Shown here: positions 29,900 to 40,620 of the stretch, piece after piece | How positions within the stretch are numbered: position 1 is the first letter of the stretch | Layout of the letters: each line of letters begins with the position of its first letter | Origin: a virus | Length of the DNA: 64,000 nucleotides | IMG/VR virus record: IMGVR_UViG_3300033148_006239 | Coordinates: 41,325-105,324 of that record | Strand: one strand, 5' to 3' | Notes under the pieces: model-generated | Databases searched by the model: none | Seen by the model: only the letters and a program-made list of their open reading frames with translations | Told to the model about the DNA's origin: nothing | Program-made: the position numbers and the translations under genes

Positions 29900-30612
29900 C
29901 TATTGACATATTCTCCTTTAGGTATAAGCTTATCTTTTTCTCTACCTGTAGGTATGGGTGTTATCAAATCATTAGAATTATAAGGAAATTGTGAAAATCT
30001 ACGACTAAATTTAGGATTCCATCTAATCATTCTTAATGATATTTCAGCTAATTCTAATTGTAATTTTGGTGTAAACCAACCTTTTGTTGCTCTAAACTCT
30101 AAAACTTGTCCTTTAAAAGTAGAATCACCAAATAAAAATGTTACATTTGGAGGACTTTTAAGAAATCCTTCTCTTTTTGCAGCTCTAGGTTGTGTTAATT
30201 TTCTTATTTGTTCTAAATATAATCCTGGACTATTTGGCATATAAATATTTAATTCATTTAAATCATCTTCTGACAATGTAACACCTGCAAATGCACCAAA
30301 CGATATTGAATTAACAATACTCGGTTGATCTAAAAGAATGTTGTCTTGTAATAATTCATCAATTCTGAATTTCTCTACTATTATTGAAAAACTTAAATAA
30401 AAACCACTACCAGATATATATTGTACCCATGGATCAGCATATCCAGGAATAGGCTTTATTGAATAATTTGGATTATCTTCTTCTTCTATTGTCAATGGAT
30501 TAAATATAAATGGGATAAAAACAAATCCCCTCCCAGTCTCTCCTATTTCATCAATCAATAAACCACCCTTTGTTAATTGATAATCACCTGAATATACATC
30601 TTGGAAACCCAT
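29896..30612 (-). CDS. tail tube initiator (CIS tube / Afp7-like)
   Basis: F.FNP..I.......Y....IPG...P.VQY..G and PP.V.F.FG. Confidence 0.8.
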   Translation of the reverse strand: MGFQDVYSGDYQLTKGGLLIDEIGETGRGFVFIPFIFNPLTIEEEDNPNYSIKPIPGYADPWVQYISGSGFYLSFSIIVEKFRIDELLQDNILLDQPSIVNSISFGAFAGVTLSEDDLNELNIYMPNSPGLYLEQIRKLTQPRAAKREGFLKSPPNVTFLFGDSTFKGQVLEFRATKGWFTPKLQLELAEISLRMIRWNPKFSRRFSQFPYNSNDLITPIPTGREKDKLIPKGEYVNR

Positions 30613-33600
30613 TATGATGTTCCTTGATCCATTGCATCAACTTCACAGTACCAATTTTGAAATTGTTTATCGACTATTTTAGATCTTTGTATTCTTGTTC
30701 TTCTTTCTCCGCATTCTTCATCTTTTATACTTAAATTGAGATTAAATTGCTGTTTAGCTTGAGGTGCTTGGCGTTCTCTTCTTACTCTTTCTCTTGTGGC
30801 TCTTTCAATAGTTTCATCAACAGATTTCTTTTCTTTTTCATCTTCTACTTCTTTCTTTTCTGTTAATTGTGTTATTGAGCTTTCGTCTAATTTTACATCA
30901 GGTGTTTCTACTGCTGCCGTCGCTAAGACCTCTGCTAATCTTTCAGTACCAAGTACATTTGTTCTTGTAAATGCCTCAGGACTACCAAAAAATTTACTTA
31001 ATCCACCAAAAATTCCACTTTCTGTTGTTTCTTCGACTGAACCTGGTACACCAAGTAATTTACCCATATTAAAGGCGCCTTCAGTCATACCTCGGTCACC
31101 TATAGGTAATCCATCAGGACCAAGTTTAGGTCCAGCAGGACCACCTATATTTTCAAGATCACTCATGAAATTTTCTAAACCTGATAAAAAATCACCTTGT
31201 ACATCACTAGTACCTTCACCACGTACTTTACGCCGTTTGTCAAGATCAATAATTGTATCAGTAAGGATTTTTAAAGGCTCTGTACCACTAACTGCACCCG
31301 CAAGTGATCCTGCTTCTTTTGCTCCTTCTCTAGGATCTTTTCCTGGCATTATGTTAAAAAATGATGCAGCATCCATTAATGGTTTTATTGCACCTTTAAT
31401 AAATGCAAAAATTACTTTTACAACAGTTGTTGCAACCTTAAGGCCTTGTACAATCTTAAGAAAAACCCATTTTATTCCTTCTCCTATTTTTCCAATCATA
31501 TCCATTGTACTCATACCTTTTCCACCAAGATCACCAAATATTTCCGACGCCAATTCGGCAAAAAAGTTAACAGTTTCAGTAATTATCGTAATAACAATTT
31601 TTACCATTTCTATAATTACTGATATAACTCCACTAACAATAGGAACAACAACTTTTATTATTCCTGATACAAATTTCATAATACCAGACAAAATAGGTTT
31701 TATCGTATTAAAAATTGATGCCGCAAACGATCCAATAGTTTGAATTAGTCCAAATATAACGGGAACTAACTCATAAATTAAATTACCAACAACTGTAAAA
31801 ATTTCTTTTAAAAAATTAAAAATATCTTCAAGAATAGGCCATAAAGTATCAATTAAAGTACCTATAATACCTGTAATTATAGGTATTAACTTTTCAAACG
31901 TGGCAATTATTTTTTGAATAACAGGTACTATAATTTCCACTATCTTAGATATTATTGAAAATGAAAAAGCTAATACTTTTAATATGGTACTTTTTATTCC
32001 TTCAGCTATACTTTTAACAACACTACCAATTTGAATAACCAATGGCCTAAGCTTAATAAAAACAGAATTTATAAGTTTAGTTATACCAAACACAATTGTT
32101 TCAAATATTTGAATAATTGGTTTAATTATATCATACAAACCTGCTATACCACCAGCAACACCAGCACCAAAAGCTTTACCTTGTGATATACCTGCTTCTA
32201 CTGCTCCAGTATTTCCGGCTAATCCTGCAAAAGCTCCTGAAATTACTTCTACGATTCTTTGAAAACCACCAAATATTAACTTAAAAAACCCTTTAATTCC
32301 TTCCCATGCTCGTTTTGCTTCGGGAGATTCAGTAAAACCTTTCCAAAAATCTACTACTAATGTTTTTATATCTCTTATTTTAGTTTTTACTTTAGTAATA
32401 AAATTAAATAACGGAGCTTCATTTATTTGTGGTTGTATTGTTCGTAATGCTGCAACATCACCAGTTTTCATATAATGTTGTTGCAATTTATATAATTCAA
32501 CAGCGTCACGCATATTAGCAACAAAATTTCTTGTATAATCAATGCCATCTTTTGTTTCAGCTTTATATACTGCAAATGCTCTTTCCCAATTACCTATTTC
32601 TTCTCCTTGATCGGCTAAACCTCTATGAAATTGCATTCTTTCTTCTTCTGGTATCTTTAAAAAATCTCTAAACTCAACAGCGCTTTGCTCAACAGAATTA
32701 CTCATAGCGCCCCAATAATCAACTTTAATAGGTTTAAATACTGACGCTAATCTATCTTGAAATCGATTTGCCTTTCCAATAACTTTGTCAGTAAATGAAT
32801 CTGTCTCATCTATTACTTTTCCATATTGATCTTTGACTTCACCAAAAATAAATTTAAATGAATCACCAATTGTTTTTTTAATTGAAACGAATGCGTTTCC
32901 TAATGATAAGAATGCACTTAATACAGGCTTTAATGATTCAATCGTATTTACACCTAATATTTTTACATTTGTTTTAAATTGATTTAATTGAAAATCAAAA
33001 CCTGTTCTCATTTTTTCAAATGCATCATTGGTAACTGTACCAATTTCAGATCCCATACCCATTATAGGATGATACATTTGTTTAATCATTGAAGCAGCAG
33101 CAGTACCAACATCTTCAACACTTTCGGCCATTTCAGCGGTTGTACCTGACCACATTGATCTAATTTTTTCTTCAGAAACACCCCAATCTTGAACTAAATT
33201 ATTTAATGTTTCTTCATTACCTTTTCCTACGTCTTTTAATGCATTATATACTTGACCCAAACCTCTTCTTGCGAATTGATCAATTTCATCTTCACCAACT
33301 CCCATTTGTGTTCCAATATTTTTCATCCAAACATTAAATGCTTTATCTGACTCAAGTTTTTTAGCAAATTTATCTGAATCTAATCCCAATTGTCTAAAAC
33401 CAGCTGAGAATGTACCAAATGCTCTCATAGCATTTTTCTGTTGAAAAATTTGTTCAGGTGATAAACCTTTCATTCTCATAGCTTTTTCAGCATTTAATAA
33501 AGAAGGTATTAATCCACCTTGTACTTCAAATGCAGTCATCCCTGTTGAAATACCAATTTCTTCCATTTTCTTTTTATATGTAGATGCTGGTTTTATAAAT

Positions 33601-35264
33601 GACATTAACATTGCATTAGCTTCCATAAAAGCCATTCTTGTCGAACGACCTTCAGACGTTAAACCAGCAACAGATCCCATCATTTCTTCCATTGATAGTC
33701 CTGCCATTTTTGCAGTAGGAGCTAATTTAAATACATTTTTCGATAATGCTTCAACAGAAGTAACACCAAAATTAAATGTTGCAAATAAAGTATCAGATAT
33801 TTTTTTCATTGCTTCAACATCTGTATACGCAACACCATAAGTATTGGCTAAAGTAATAATACCTTCAGCAGCTTTTTCTGTAGTAGTTCCACTAGCTGAT
33901 GCTAATTTCGCAGCTAATCCAACAGTATCTTCTAATGCAGCAGCAGAAACACCAGCACCTAGCGCTTTTGTAAACGCATTGGCAGTTTGAACTAGTTCTT
34001 GACCATATTCAGAAGCAACATTTTGAATGCTTGCTTTTACTCCATCTAATCCACCCAATAACTCAGCTTTATGTTCATTTAATAATGTCATTGCTTCTCT
34101 AGCGGCTTTATCAAATTCTCTATATGCTTCCATTGAACCTTGTAAACCTGCTATAAGTGCACCACCAACACCACCCATAAGCATTGTAAGGCCACCAATT
34201 TGACCTCTAAAATAAGTAAAGAAACCTGAACTTTTCTTTCTCATTCTTGTAAAATCTGGCATAAATCCACCACGTCCACTACGAGCCGTTGATCGATTTA
34301 CTTGGTCTAAAGAGCGTGATACTCCAGGACCTATTTTTTCAATTTTTTCAAAGTATTCTATTAACTTTTTAAGTTGATCTAAAGAATGTTTCTTAATTTT
34401 AATTTTTGCTAATTTTTGTACTGCTTTTGCTATTTTACGTATTCCCTTCGGATCAATTTTTGCTTGAGTAAACTTAGTTATACTATTCATAAATCTAATG
34501 ATAGATTTAATATTACCTATATGCTTTTTACTAACTCTTATTTTTGCTAAAGTTTTGACAGCTTTTTTTAATTTTTTGATATTGCTCATATCAGGAACTT
34601 TTATATTAGCTATTTTAACTATATTATGTATATAGAGTCCAATAGTTTCAAGGCTTTTAGCTCTTTTTTTCGATACTTTTAATTTGATTAATTTTTTTAA
34701 TGCTTTAATAATACCATCTATATCTGGCATTCTAAGAAGATGCATATACCTAAATTTTTCAAGTAAATGTATCGCAGATTGAAATTTTCTATGTAAATTA
34801 CTTGGAATTTTTAATCTTGTCAATTCATTTAGTGAGTTTACAGCATTTTTTATCTGTATTGAAGTGTCTTTGACACGAACACCAGATAATCTCATTAATG
34901 AATCAGCAAATGCCGTAATTCTAGGGGCGTGGGTTTTTGGAAATTCATTTTGTGATAATTTTTCAATTGCTTTTGAAAAATCTTGTAAATTTTTAATTGA
35001 TTTAGACTTAAATTGAAATTGTTCATTTAAATGCGTTATAATTTTTCCAATATATTCAATTTTTCTATTAAGCCCAGATCCTTTAATTGTCAACGCAAAT
35101 TTATTAAACGCATCACTTAAATAATATATATCTTTTGATAAATCTTTATCTAATTTAATACTAGAAAGTCTAGTCAAACTATTATTTATTTTATCAAGAT
35201 CTTGTACTAATTTAGTCGCACCTTGGCTTTTGAAATCAAAGCCAAAGTTCATCATATTCAACAT
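30612..35264 (-). CDS. tape measure protein
   Basis: 1550 aa; TP901-type core (LAP.A..AG.S.EE); amphipathic repeats. Confidence 0.92.
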   Translation of the reverse strand: MLNMMNFGFDFKSQGATKLVQDLDKINNSLTRLSSIKLDKDLSKDIYYLSDAFNKFALTIKGSGLNRKIEYIGKIITHLNEQFQFKSKSIKNLQDFSKAIEKLSQNEFPKTHAPRITAFADSLMRLSGVRVKDTSIQIKNAVNSLNELTRLKIPSNLHRKFQSAIHLLEKFRYMHLLRMPDIDGIIKALKKLIKLKVSKKRAKSLETIGLYIHNIVKIANIKVPDMSNIKKLKKAVKTLAKIRVSKKHIGNIKSIIRFMNSITKFTQAKIDPKGIRKIAKAVQKLAKIKIKKHSLDQLKKLIEYFEKIEKIGPGVSRSLDQVNRSTARSGRGGFMPDFTRMRKKSSGFFTYFRGQIGGLTMLMGGVGGALIAGLQGSMEAYREFDKAAREAMTLLNEHKAELLGGLDGVKASIQNVASEYGQELVQTANAFTKALGAGVSAAALEDTVGLAAKLASASGTTTEKAAEGIITLANTYGVAYTDVEAMKKISDTLFATFNFGVTSVEALSKNVFKLAPTAKMAGLSMEEMMGSVAGLTSEGRSTRMAFMEANAMLMSFIKPASTYKKKMEEIGISTGMTAFEVQGGLIPSLLNAEKAMRMKGLSPEQIFQQKNAMRAFGTFSAGFRQLGLDSDKFAKKLESDKAFNVWMKNIGTQMGVGEDEIDQFARRGLGQVYNALKDVGKGNEETLNNLVQDWGVSEEKIRSMWSGTTAEMAESVEDVGTAAASMIKQMYHPIMGMGSEIGTVTNDAFEKMRTGFDFQLNQFKTNVKILGVNTIESLKPVLSAFLSLGNAFVSIKKTIGDSFKFIFGEVKDQYGKVIDETDSFTDKVIGKANRFQDRLASVFKPIKVDYWGAMSNSVEQSAVEFRDFLKIPEEERMQFHRGLADQGEEIGNWERAFAVYKAETKDGIDYTRNFVANMRDAVELYKLQQHYMKTGDVAALRTIQPQINEAPLFNFITKVKTKIRDIKTLVVDFWKGFTESPEAKRAWEGIKGFFKLIFGGFQRIVEVISGAFAGLAGNTGAVEAGISQGKAFGAGVAGGIAGLYDIIKPIIQIFETIVFGITKLINSVFIKLRPLVIQIGSVVKSIAEGIKSTILKVLAFSFSIISKIVEIIVPVIQKIIATFEKLIPIITGIIGTLIDTLWPILEDIFNFLKEIFTVVGNLIYELVPVIFGLIQTIGSFAASIFNTIKPILSGIMKFVSGIIKVVVPIVSGVISVIIEMVKIVITIITETVNFFAELASEIFGDLGGKGMSTMDMIGKIGEGIKWVFLKIVQGLKVATTVVKVIFAFIKGAIKPLMDAASFFNIMPGKDPREGAKEAGSLAGAVSGTEPLKILTDTIIDLDKRRKVRGEGTSDVQGDFLSGLENFMSDLENIGGPAGPKLGPDGLPIGDRGMTEGAFNMGKLLGVPGSVEETTESGIFGGLSKFFGSPEAFTRTNVLGTERLAEVLATAAVETPDVKLDESSITQLTEKKEVEDEKEKKSVDETIERATRERVRRERQAPQAKQQFNLNLSIKDEECGERRTRIQRSKIVDKQFQNWYCEVDAMDQGTS

Positions 35265-35269
35265 ATCAA

Positions 35270-35440
35270 TTATCCTTTAGGATTGGAACTTTCAATTTCT
35301 CTGTTAATAGATTCAACATGTTTGTTATAGCAATCGCAATAAAATAAAAATAAATCTAAAGGCATGTTCAAAACTTTCTCCCAACTAAATCCATAACCAG
35401 AACTATTTCGTATAAAACATAAATGGTCCATATAATGCAT
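35270..35440 (-). CDS. tail assembly chaperone second frame (gpT/gpE'-like), probably reached by -1 frameshift
   Basis: MHYMDHL...GFSWEKVLNMPL... (56 aa). The frame is open back to the slippery TTTTTTC at 35467-35473. Confidence 0.7.
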   Translation of the reverse strand: MHYMDHLCFIRNSSGYGFSWEKVLNMPLDLFLFYCDCYNKHVESINREIESSNPKG

Positions 35441-36345
35441 TATGTAGTCAGTCGAGAGCCCCGGGAGAAAAAAGATTTACTCATGAATGGAATTGTTGTA
35501 CTTTCAGTTTCTTTAGAAAACATTTTTGAATTACATAATGGACAATTTTCATCAATGTCTGTTTCAATTCCACCATCTATATGCTGATGAATTTCTATAA
35601 TATCTTGCATATCTGCAAACGACATTTTAATAAAAAATTCATCATCTGGTTTTTTATATTTTGCTTTTCTCCAATCTTTCACTTTATCTTTTTCTTTTCC
35701 AATAATACCTACTGTTCTTATTTTTATCATTTCTGATAATTTTTTATTTGCTTTTTCAGGATATTTTTGAACTTTTTGTAGTTCTTCTGAATCTGTTCCT
35801 CTTAGTAATCGTAATACGATAGTTTCTTTTTCGTCAAGTAAATCAACTATATATCTACCCGATGCTTTATCAACTGCAAATGCTTTCTTACCATCACATT
35901 TCAAACCTTTTTTTTCAAAAACTATCGTTTTTAATGCTTGAGGGTTTGGTATTGGATCACCATTTTCATTTTTGATTGTGTTTTCACCTAAAATTACAGT
36001 ATGAGATATTCCTTTCCCTAAAGGATTCTCTTCACTTCGTTTACCGTAATCACACTTTCTAGATGAGCATTCTTTTTCAAAATGAAATTGCTTTCCAAAT
36101 GTAATAATTCGTTTGCTAACCATACTGGCAAAATTATCACAATCAAATTGTTTTCTCCACTTATACTCTAACTTAGAATCTTCACCTACTTTAAAATGAA
36201 TACCAGAATTTAACATATTATATAGTTGTGTTTCTGGTGAATCTTCATCTGAAAATATTTCATTAGCATCACCAACATCCATACTTTCAACAATGACTTC
36301 GTCATCTGAAGGTAAAATAAAAGTTGAACTGTTTTTCTCAGCCAT
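35440..36345 (-). CDS. tail assembly chaperone
   Basis: Between tube and TMP; LPS, CxxC pairs, LRLL.G.D, C-terminal FF. Confidence 0.7.
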   Translation of the reverse strand: MAEKNSSTFILPSDDEVIVESMDVGDANEIFSDEDSPETQLYNMLNSGIHFKVGEDSKLEYKWRKQFDCDNFASMVSKRIITFGKQFHFEKECSSRKCDYGKRSEENPLGKGISHTVILGENTIKNENGDPIPNPQALKTIVFEKKGLKCDGKKAFAVDKASGRYIVDLLDEKETIVLRLLRGTDSEELQKVQKYPEKANKKLSEMIKIRTVGIIGKEKDKVKDWRKAKYKKPDDEFFIKMSFADMQDIIEIHQHIDGGIETDIDENCPLCNSKMFSKETESTTIPFMSKSFFSRGSRLTT

Positions 36346-36379
36346 AATTTGCTCCTAAAATTTTTTATATTTTTATAAT

Positions 36380-36408
36380 CCAAGAGTACCCATAATGGGT
36401 ACTCTTGG
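36380..36408. terminator. perfect inverted repeat after the tail tube gene
   Basis: ccaagagtacccat-a-atgggtactcttgg; no clear U tract. Confidence 0.55.
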
Positions 36409-36430
36409 TATTAATTAAAGACAAAATTAA

Positions 36431-36952
36431 TTAAACAACAGCAGCCGCTGCTTGAACTGGTACTGATTTATACCGTTCACATGCAAGTTCAAGTTCTTGA
36501 ATTTGAATTTCACCTGCATCTGCTTTACCTTCCCAAGGTTTAAATCTAACAGGTGTAGCACCAGTAACTCGATAAGCTTTTAATGGATTTCTATCATCAC
36601 CTGTTCCCTCTTGATCATTGAAAATATCAATCATTATATTGATCTTAGTTCCAGATTCATACCAATTTTCAAGACTATCAAGAGTAGCTTGAGTACTAGG
36701 AGTATAAGCAAAACCACGTCTTAAAGTAATATTATTATATTTTCTTTTATCACCTCTAATATGTGGTTCAGACGAGCCAGATTCCCAATATTCAGTTACA
36801 TCACGAGTAAATTCAATTCCTGTTAATTCACAGAATGTTATTCTTCCAATAAAATCATTAAAATTAATATCAACAGGATAAACAGTAAAATACTGCCCTG
36901 TTAAAAAAGCATAATTACCATTATTAATTGGTTTAGGTAATGTATAACTCAT
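36431..36952 (-). CDS. tail tube protein (T4 gp19 family)
   Basis: F.E..G.......EY.E.G, Y.NITLRRG, W, A.P..F, IQELELACE. Confidence 0.92.
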   Translation of the reverse strand: MSYTLPKPINNGNYAFLTGQYFTVYPVDINFNDFIGRITFCELTGIEFTRDVTEYWESGSSEPHIRGDKRKYNNITLRRGFAYTPSTQATLDSLENWYESGTKINIMIDIFNDQEGTGDDRNPLKAYRVTGATPVRFKPWEGKADAGEIQIQELELACERYKSVPVQAAAAVV

Positions 36953-36962
36953 CTTATCCTCC

Positions 36963-38759
36963 TTATTGACCTATACTTTTTTGTACTCTGTAATGAGCTC
37001 TTAAAATTGGTGTTTGTACAGACAAATATATGTCAACAAACAATTCTTCGGGATCTTTAATAAATCCATCTTCAGTTCTTGGATTATTTGCAGGACCACA
37101 TACGACATTTCTTCTTTGTGCTGGACTTTCACCAAATAACGCACCACCAGGTAGAGTATCAATAAATGTTTCAACAAGATCTCTTACTTGTCTTTCAATG
37201 GTATTATCATGATTTAACATATTAACCCATTGCAAAGAAAAATCTACAGATGCGCCAACATATTGAAATGTTCGTATTTGATTTATATGTGGAAATTGGA
37301 GATTTCTTCCTTTGGCTCTTGTAAAAGCACTTTCAATAAGAAAAGCTCCATTCTTTTCATAAATTGAATTAATTTTTGCTATTTTCAATTTAGTACGAAT
37401 ATCTGGATTTTGAGTTAGAACTTTAAGTTCTCCATTTTTAAGAACAGGTTCAAGCGCAAAAACAGCAGGAAGAGTACCATAAGTGACATTTGCACTGTTA
37501 TTCCAAGGTCCTGAATCTGTTCCTTTATCAGTAATTCCCCACCGACCAATAACAAATAAAGAATTTTTCAAAGTCAGAAAAATACCTTCATTTTCAGGAT
37601 CTTCAAGAATTAAATTAGGATATTGATAACTTGACCATTCAGAATTAACTTTAACAGTTAAATCAAGCCAATCAATAATATCATCATCGTCAGATTCAAG
37701 TGAAAAATCACCAACAAAATTATGAATAATTTTATCTTCAGCATATGCTATAGCAGCAACCTGTACTGCACCATCAATTAATTCAGGTACACAGATATTA
37801 ACAGGAAGTTTTCCATGACCATAAAGATCTAAAGCAAAGAATCCTGTTTTTGCTGTAACATCACCGATATAATCACCCGCAACAACAGCATCACCTTCTA
37901 ATCCTCCTACTAAAGAACGGGTTCCATCTGTAGGGGTTCGAAGTTCAAGATCAGCAGCTCCTGTAGGTAGTGGTAAAACATTATACAAATGATTAGAATC
38001 TCTTGGTATAATATTAGCAATAAAATCAAAAATATTTTCAGGTTCTAAAGAAAGATTTTCATATTTTCGATCTTGTAAAGCATCTTGAAAGAAAACTTCT
38101 AAATCAAAATTAAGTGTTTTAACTACCTGTCCTATCGCAATAGGACCAGCAAATCCTGTAACAGCAGGTGTAAAAGTTAATGTATCTCCAATTTTTTTTG
38201 TCACTTTTGCATAATGATTTTCTGTAGTATCTGTCATGTGAATAATTTCACCCACATTGATTTGATCAGAAACTTCAACTGTTACAGTTGTAGCTGCATT
38301 ATCAATAGCTGTAGTATTTGATGTTACAAGTTTATTTACTTTTGTCGTTTTATAAGAGATATCATTGCCTGGAGTACCATGATATCTACCTTCTACAGTA
38401 AGTACATTAGTAGCCACACCATTATCAACAGTATGTGATGCTTTTTCAGATGTTATTGTTGCCTTATCGGTAGGATCAGTATAGTGAATTACACGATTTA
38501 CTACTACTTGTTCAAGCCCAAATCTTCTAAAAAGAATCAAAATTGATTTCCAAGCTTCTGTTCCACCTTTAAAAATTTCTGCAAAATCTGATTCAGTTGT
38601 TACTTTTGTGGGTTCATTTACAGGACCCCAATCAAATTGTGCAAAACAACCTGGAACAGATAAATCTAATGCACCAATAGAAAATATTTTATTTTTTATA
38701 AATTGTAATTCACTCCCAACATCTGTTGGATTAGTAAATTTTGATACTTCATTACCCAT
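36963..38759 (-). CDS. tail sheath protein
   Basis: WGPVNEP, G..GN.I, L.GG..G, GPW...AN, IN.I, C...NNP. Confidence 0.92.
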   Translation of the reverse strand: MGNEVSKFTNPTDVGSELQFIKNKIFSIGALDLSVPGCFAQFDWGPVNEPTKVTTESDFAEIFKGGTEAWKSILILFRRFGLEQVVVNRVIHYTDPTDKATITSEKASHTVDNGVATNVLTVEGRYHGTPGNDISYKTTKVNKLVTSNTTAIDNAATTVTVEVSDQINVGEIIHMTDTTENHYAKVTKKIGDTLTFTPAVTGFAGPIAIGQVVKTLNFDLEVFFQDALQDRKYENLSLEPENIFDFIANIIPRDSNHLYNVLPLPTGAADLELRTPTDGTRSLVGGLEGDAVVAGDYIGDVTAKTGFFALDLYGHGKLPVNICVPELIDGAVQVAAIAYAEDKIIHNFVGDFSLESDDDDIIDWLDLTVKVNSEWSSYQYPNLILEDPENEGIFLTLKNSLFVIGRWGITDKGTDSGPWNNSANVTYGTLPAVFALEPVLKNGELKVLTQNPDIRTKLKIAKINSIYEKNGAFLIESAFTRAKGRNLQFPHINQIRTFQYVGASVDFSLQWVNMLNHDNTIERQVRDLVETFIDTLPGGALFGESPAQRRNVVCGPANNPRTEDGFIKDPEELFVDIYLSVQTPILRAHYRVQKSIGQ

Positions 38760-38788
38760 TTTATCCTCCTATAAAGTTAATGAGTTCT

Positions 38789-39049
38789 TCATTGCTTTTT
38801 TGATTTCTTTTTTCCAGTATCTTCAGAGTTATCAGTATTGTTAGTATCACTGTCTTTGCTCTTTTTAGTTTTAACTACTTCAATGATTTTTTTATTATTG
38901 ATACATTTTTTAACTTTCTTATCATTTGTAATTGAATCTGGTAAATTATCAATAAAACCCAATGGTGTAAAATGTAAAATTGACATTCCATTAGCTTCTT
39001 TCTGAAGTGGAATGTCAATTTTCTTAGTTGTTTTATTAACTAATTTCAT
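38789..39049 (-). CDS. hypothetical protein
   Basis: 86-aa ORF with SD. Confidence 0.55.
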   Translation of the reverse strand: MKLVNKTTKKIDIPLQKEANGMSILHFTPLGFIDNLPDSITNDKKVKKCINNKKIIEVVKTKKSKDSDTNNTDNSEDTGKKKSKKQ

Positions 39050-39654
39050 TCTAATACTCCTTTCGTATGTGTTGTAGGATTAAAATTATAAATTCTTTTA
39101 GATTCAAATGACATATTATCATTTAATGTAAATACACGTTCAACAACAAATGAACCTCTTGCCGTTATCGTTTCTGAAAAATTTCTAATATTTTCAGGTG
39201 AAAGATCAGAGATTTTTTTAAGCCGAAACGTATGCTCAACGGGTTCAAAATATAATTGCTCGCTTTCTTTTAAAAAATCAATATATTGTTTTTGAATTCT
39301 CAGTAAATCATAAAGATTTTCAGCAAGATAAACTAAATCATAAGTTAGATCAAATGATCCAATCTTATTATATGTTTTTGTTTTAATTTGACCTGCTTCA
39401 TCGGCTCCTATATTAAAAGTTAAATGATCATAAGTACGCCAAGCTTCTGTAATATAAGGACCTAAAGCAATTATATGACCCGAATGTATATCTTGACTTA
39501 ACTCAATTGCATCAGCAGTTATATATGAAAATATTTGTGTATCAAATCTCGTAGCAATCTTTTGAAGTAAAAAATTGTGGATATTTACAAAAATATCATC
39601 AATAAACTCTTTGGTAATTTCCTTAGTAATGAGATCCGTATCTATATCAGACAT
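39046..39654 (-). CDS. putative tail terminator
   Basis: Position before the sheath; FDLTYDL pattern. Confidence 0.55.
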   Translation of the reverse strand: MSDIDTDLITKEITKEFIDDIFVNIHNFLLQKIATRFDTQIFSYITADAIELSQDIHSGHIIALGPYITEAWRTYDHLTFNIGADEAGQIKTKTYNKIGSFDLTYDLVYLAENLYDLLRIQKQYIDFLKESEQLYFEPVEHTFRLKKISDLSPENIRNFSETITARGSFVVERVFTLNDNMSFESKRIYNFNPTTHTKGVLE

Positions 39655-40135
39655 ATTTATTAAAAAGTGGCATCCTTTTTTTAATCATTTCTGCAATTGC
39701 TTCTTTAACTCTTATATCTATAGCAATATCAGTAAATAATCTACCTGCAGGAATCAAAACACCAAAATCACCTCTTGGTATAAAAGCTCCATGCTCTAAA
39801 ATTTTAGCAATACTTGCTTTTTCACCTACGACTCCAACAAACCAATCTTCTTTTGTAAGATGTTCAACTTTAACACTTCTTTGTAATTCACCAGTTTCGT
39901 AATAACGCTGATCAAATCCTTTATTTTTTATTGTACGATCTGCATTTGGTAAAAAAGTAACATTTATAAAATATTCACCCCATGTTTCAATTCTTTGTTG
40001 AACTATCTTTTTCATGAAATTACATATCTCAAGCATGAACTCATGTTTTTTTAATTCTTCAACTGTTTCTCTGGAATGTTTTAAAAATTCTTTCATTCCT
40101 GAAGATTGTCTTTTTATTGCAATTTCAAATTTCAT
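39647..40135 (-). CDS. neck / tail completion protein (HK97 gp10 / virion morphogenesis-like)
   Basis: P.A..TIK.KG......TGEL..S, A...E.G, IPA.R. Confidence 0.75.
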   Translation of the reverse strand: MKFEIAIKRQSSGMKEFLKHSRETVEELKKHEFMLEICNFMKKIVQQRIETWGEYFINVTFLPNADRTIKNKGFDQRYYETGELQRSVKVEHLTKEDWFVGVVGEKASIAKILEHGAFIPRGDFGVLIPAGRLFTDIAIDIRVKEAIAEMIKKRMPLFNKYV

Positions 40136-40620
40136 GGGCTAAACGTTGGTACAGTGTTATTAACTCTTTTTGGTTTTGTCTTTAAAGATGAACCATCTTC
40201 GTCTTTTGGAACTGATGTTTCAGCATCATCCATTACTAATTTTGTCCAATAAGGAGAATTATATACTGCACATGGCTGTAATTGCTTTATATAAGCATTA
40301 ATTGGAAAAGTATGATACTTACCAAGTAATTCTGAGATAAAATCTCCTATATTGACTAATCTATTACCTTCATCATCATAAATATCACTAGTATAAACCA
40401 TAAAATGTCCTGAAGTATCTTTAATAAAGTTCTGATTATACATAGCAATAGATTCAAATTTTTTACTTTTATATTGTGCTCTTAAAATAAGAGGTGCAAT
40501 TTTATATACTTTTTTAACTAAAGCATGTGTTGTACCATGATATTTTGTTTTCTCAGTATCTATTACAAATATCTTAACGTGTGTAGTAAATACTAATTTT
40601 GGTTTTCTTTTAGGACTCAT
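40132..40620 (-). CDS. putative head closure protein
   Basis: Position in the neck module. Confidence 0.5.
   Translation of the reverse strand: MSPKRKPKLVFTTHVKIFVIDTEKTKYHGTTHALVKKVYKIAPLILRAQYKSKKFESIAMYNQNFIKDTSGHFMVYTSDIYDDEGNRLVNIGDFISELLGKYHTFPINAYIKQLQPCAVYNSPYWTKLVMDDAETSVPKDEDGSSLKTKPKRVNNTVPTFSP

Noticed and set aside
30796-31743. 315-aa + strand ORF, and the other + strand ORFs in the track
   Set aside because: They are antisense shadows of well-supported minus-strand genes (here the TMP), with no SD or motifs.
14962-39654. Stand-alone eCIS or tailocin locus
   Set aside because: Terminase, portal, protease, capsid and replication genes are all present, so this is a phage.
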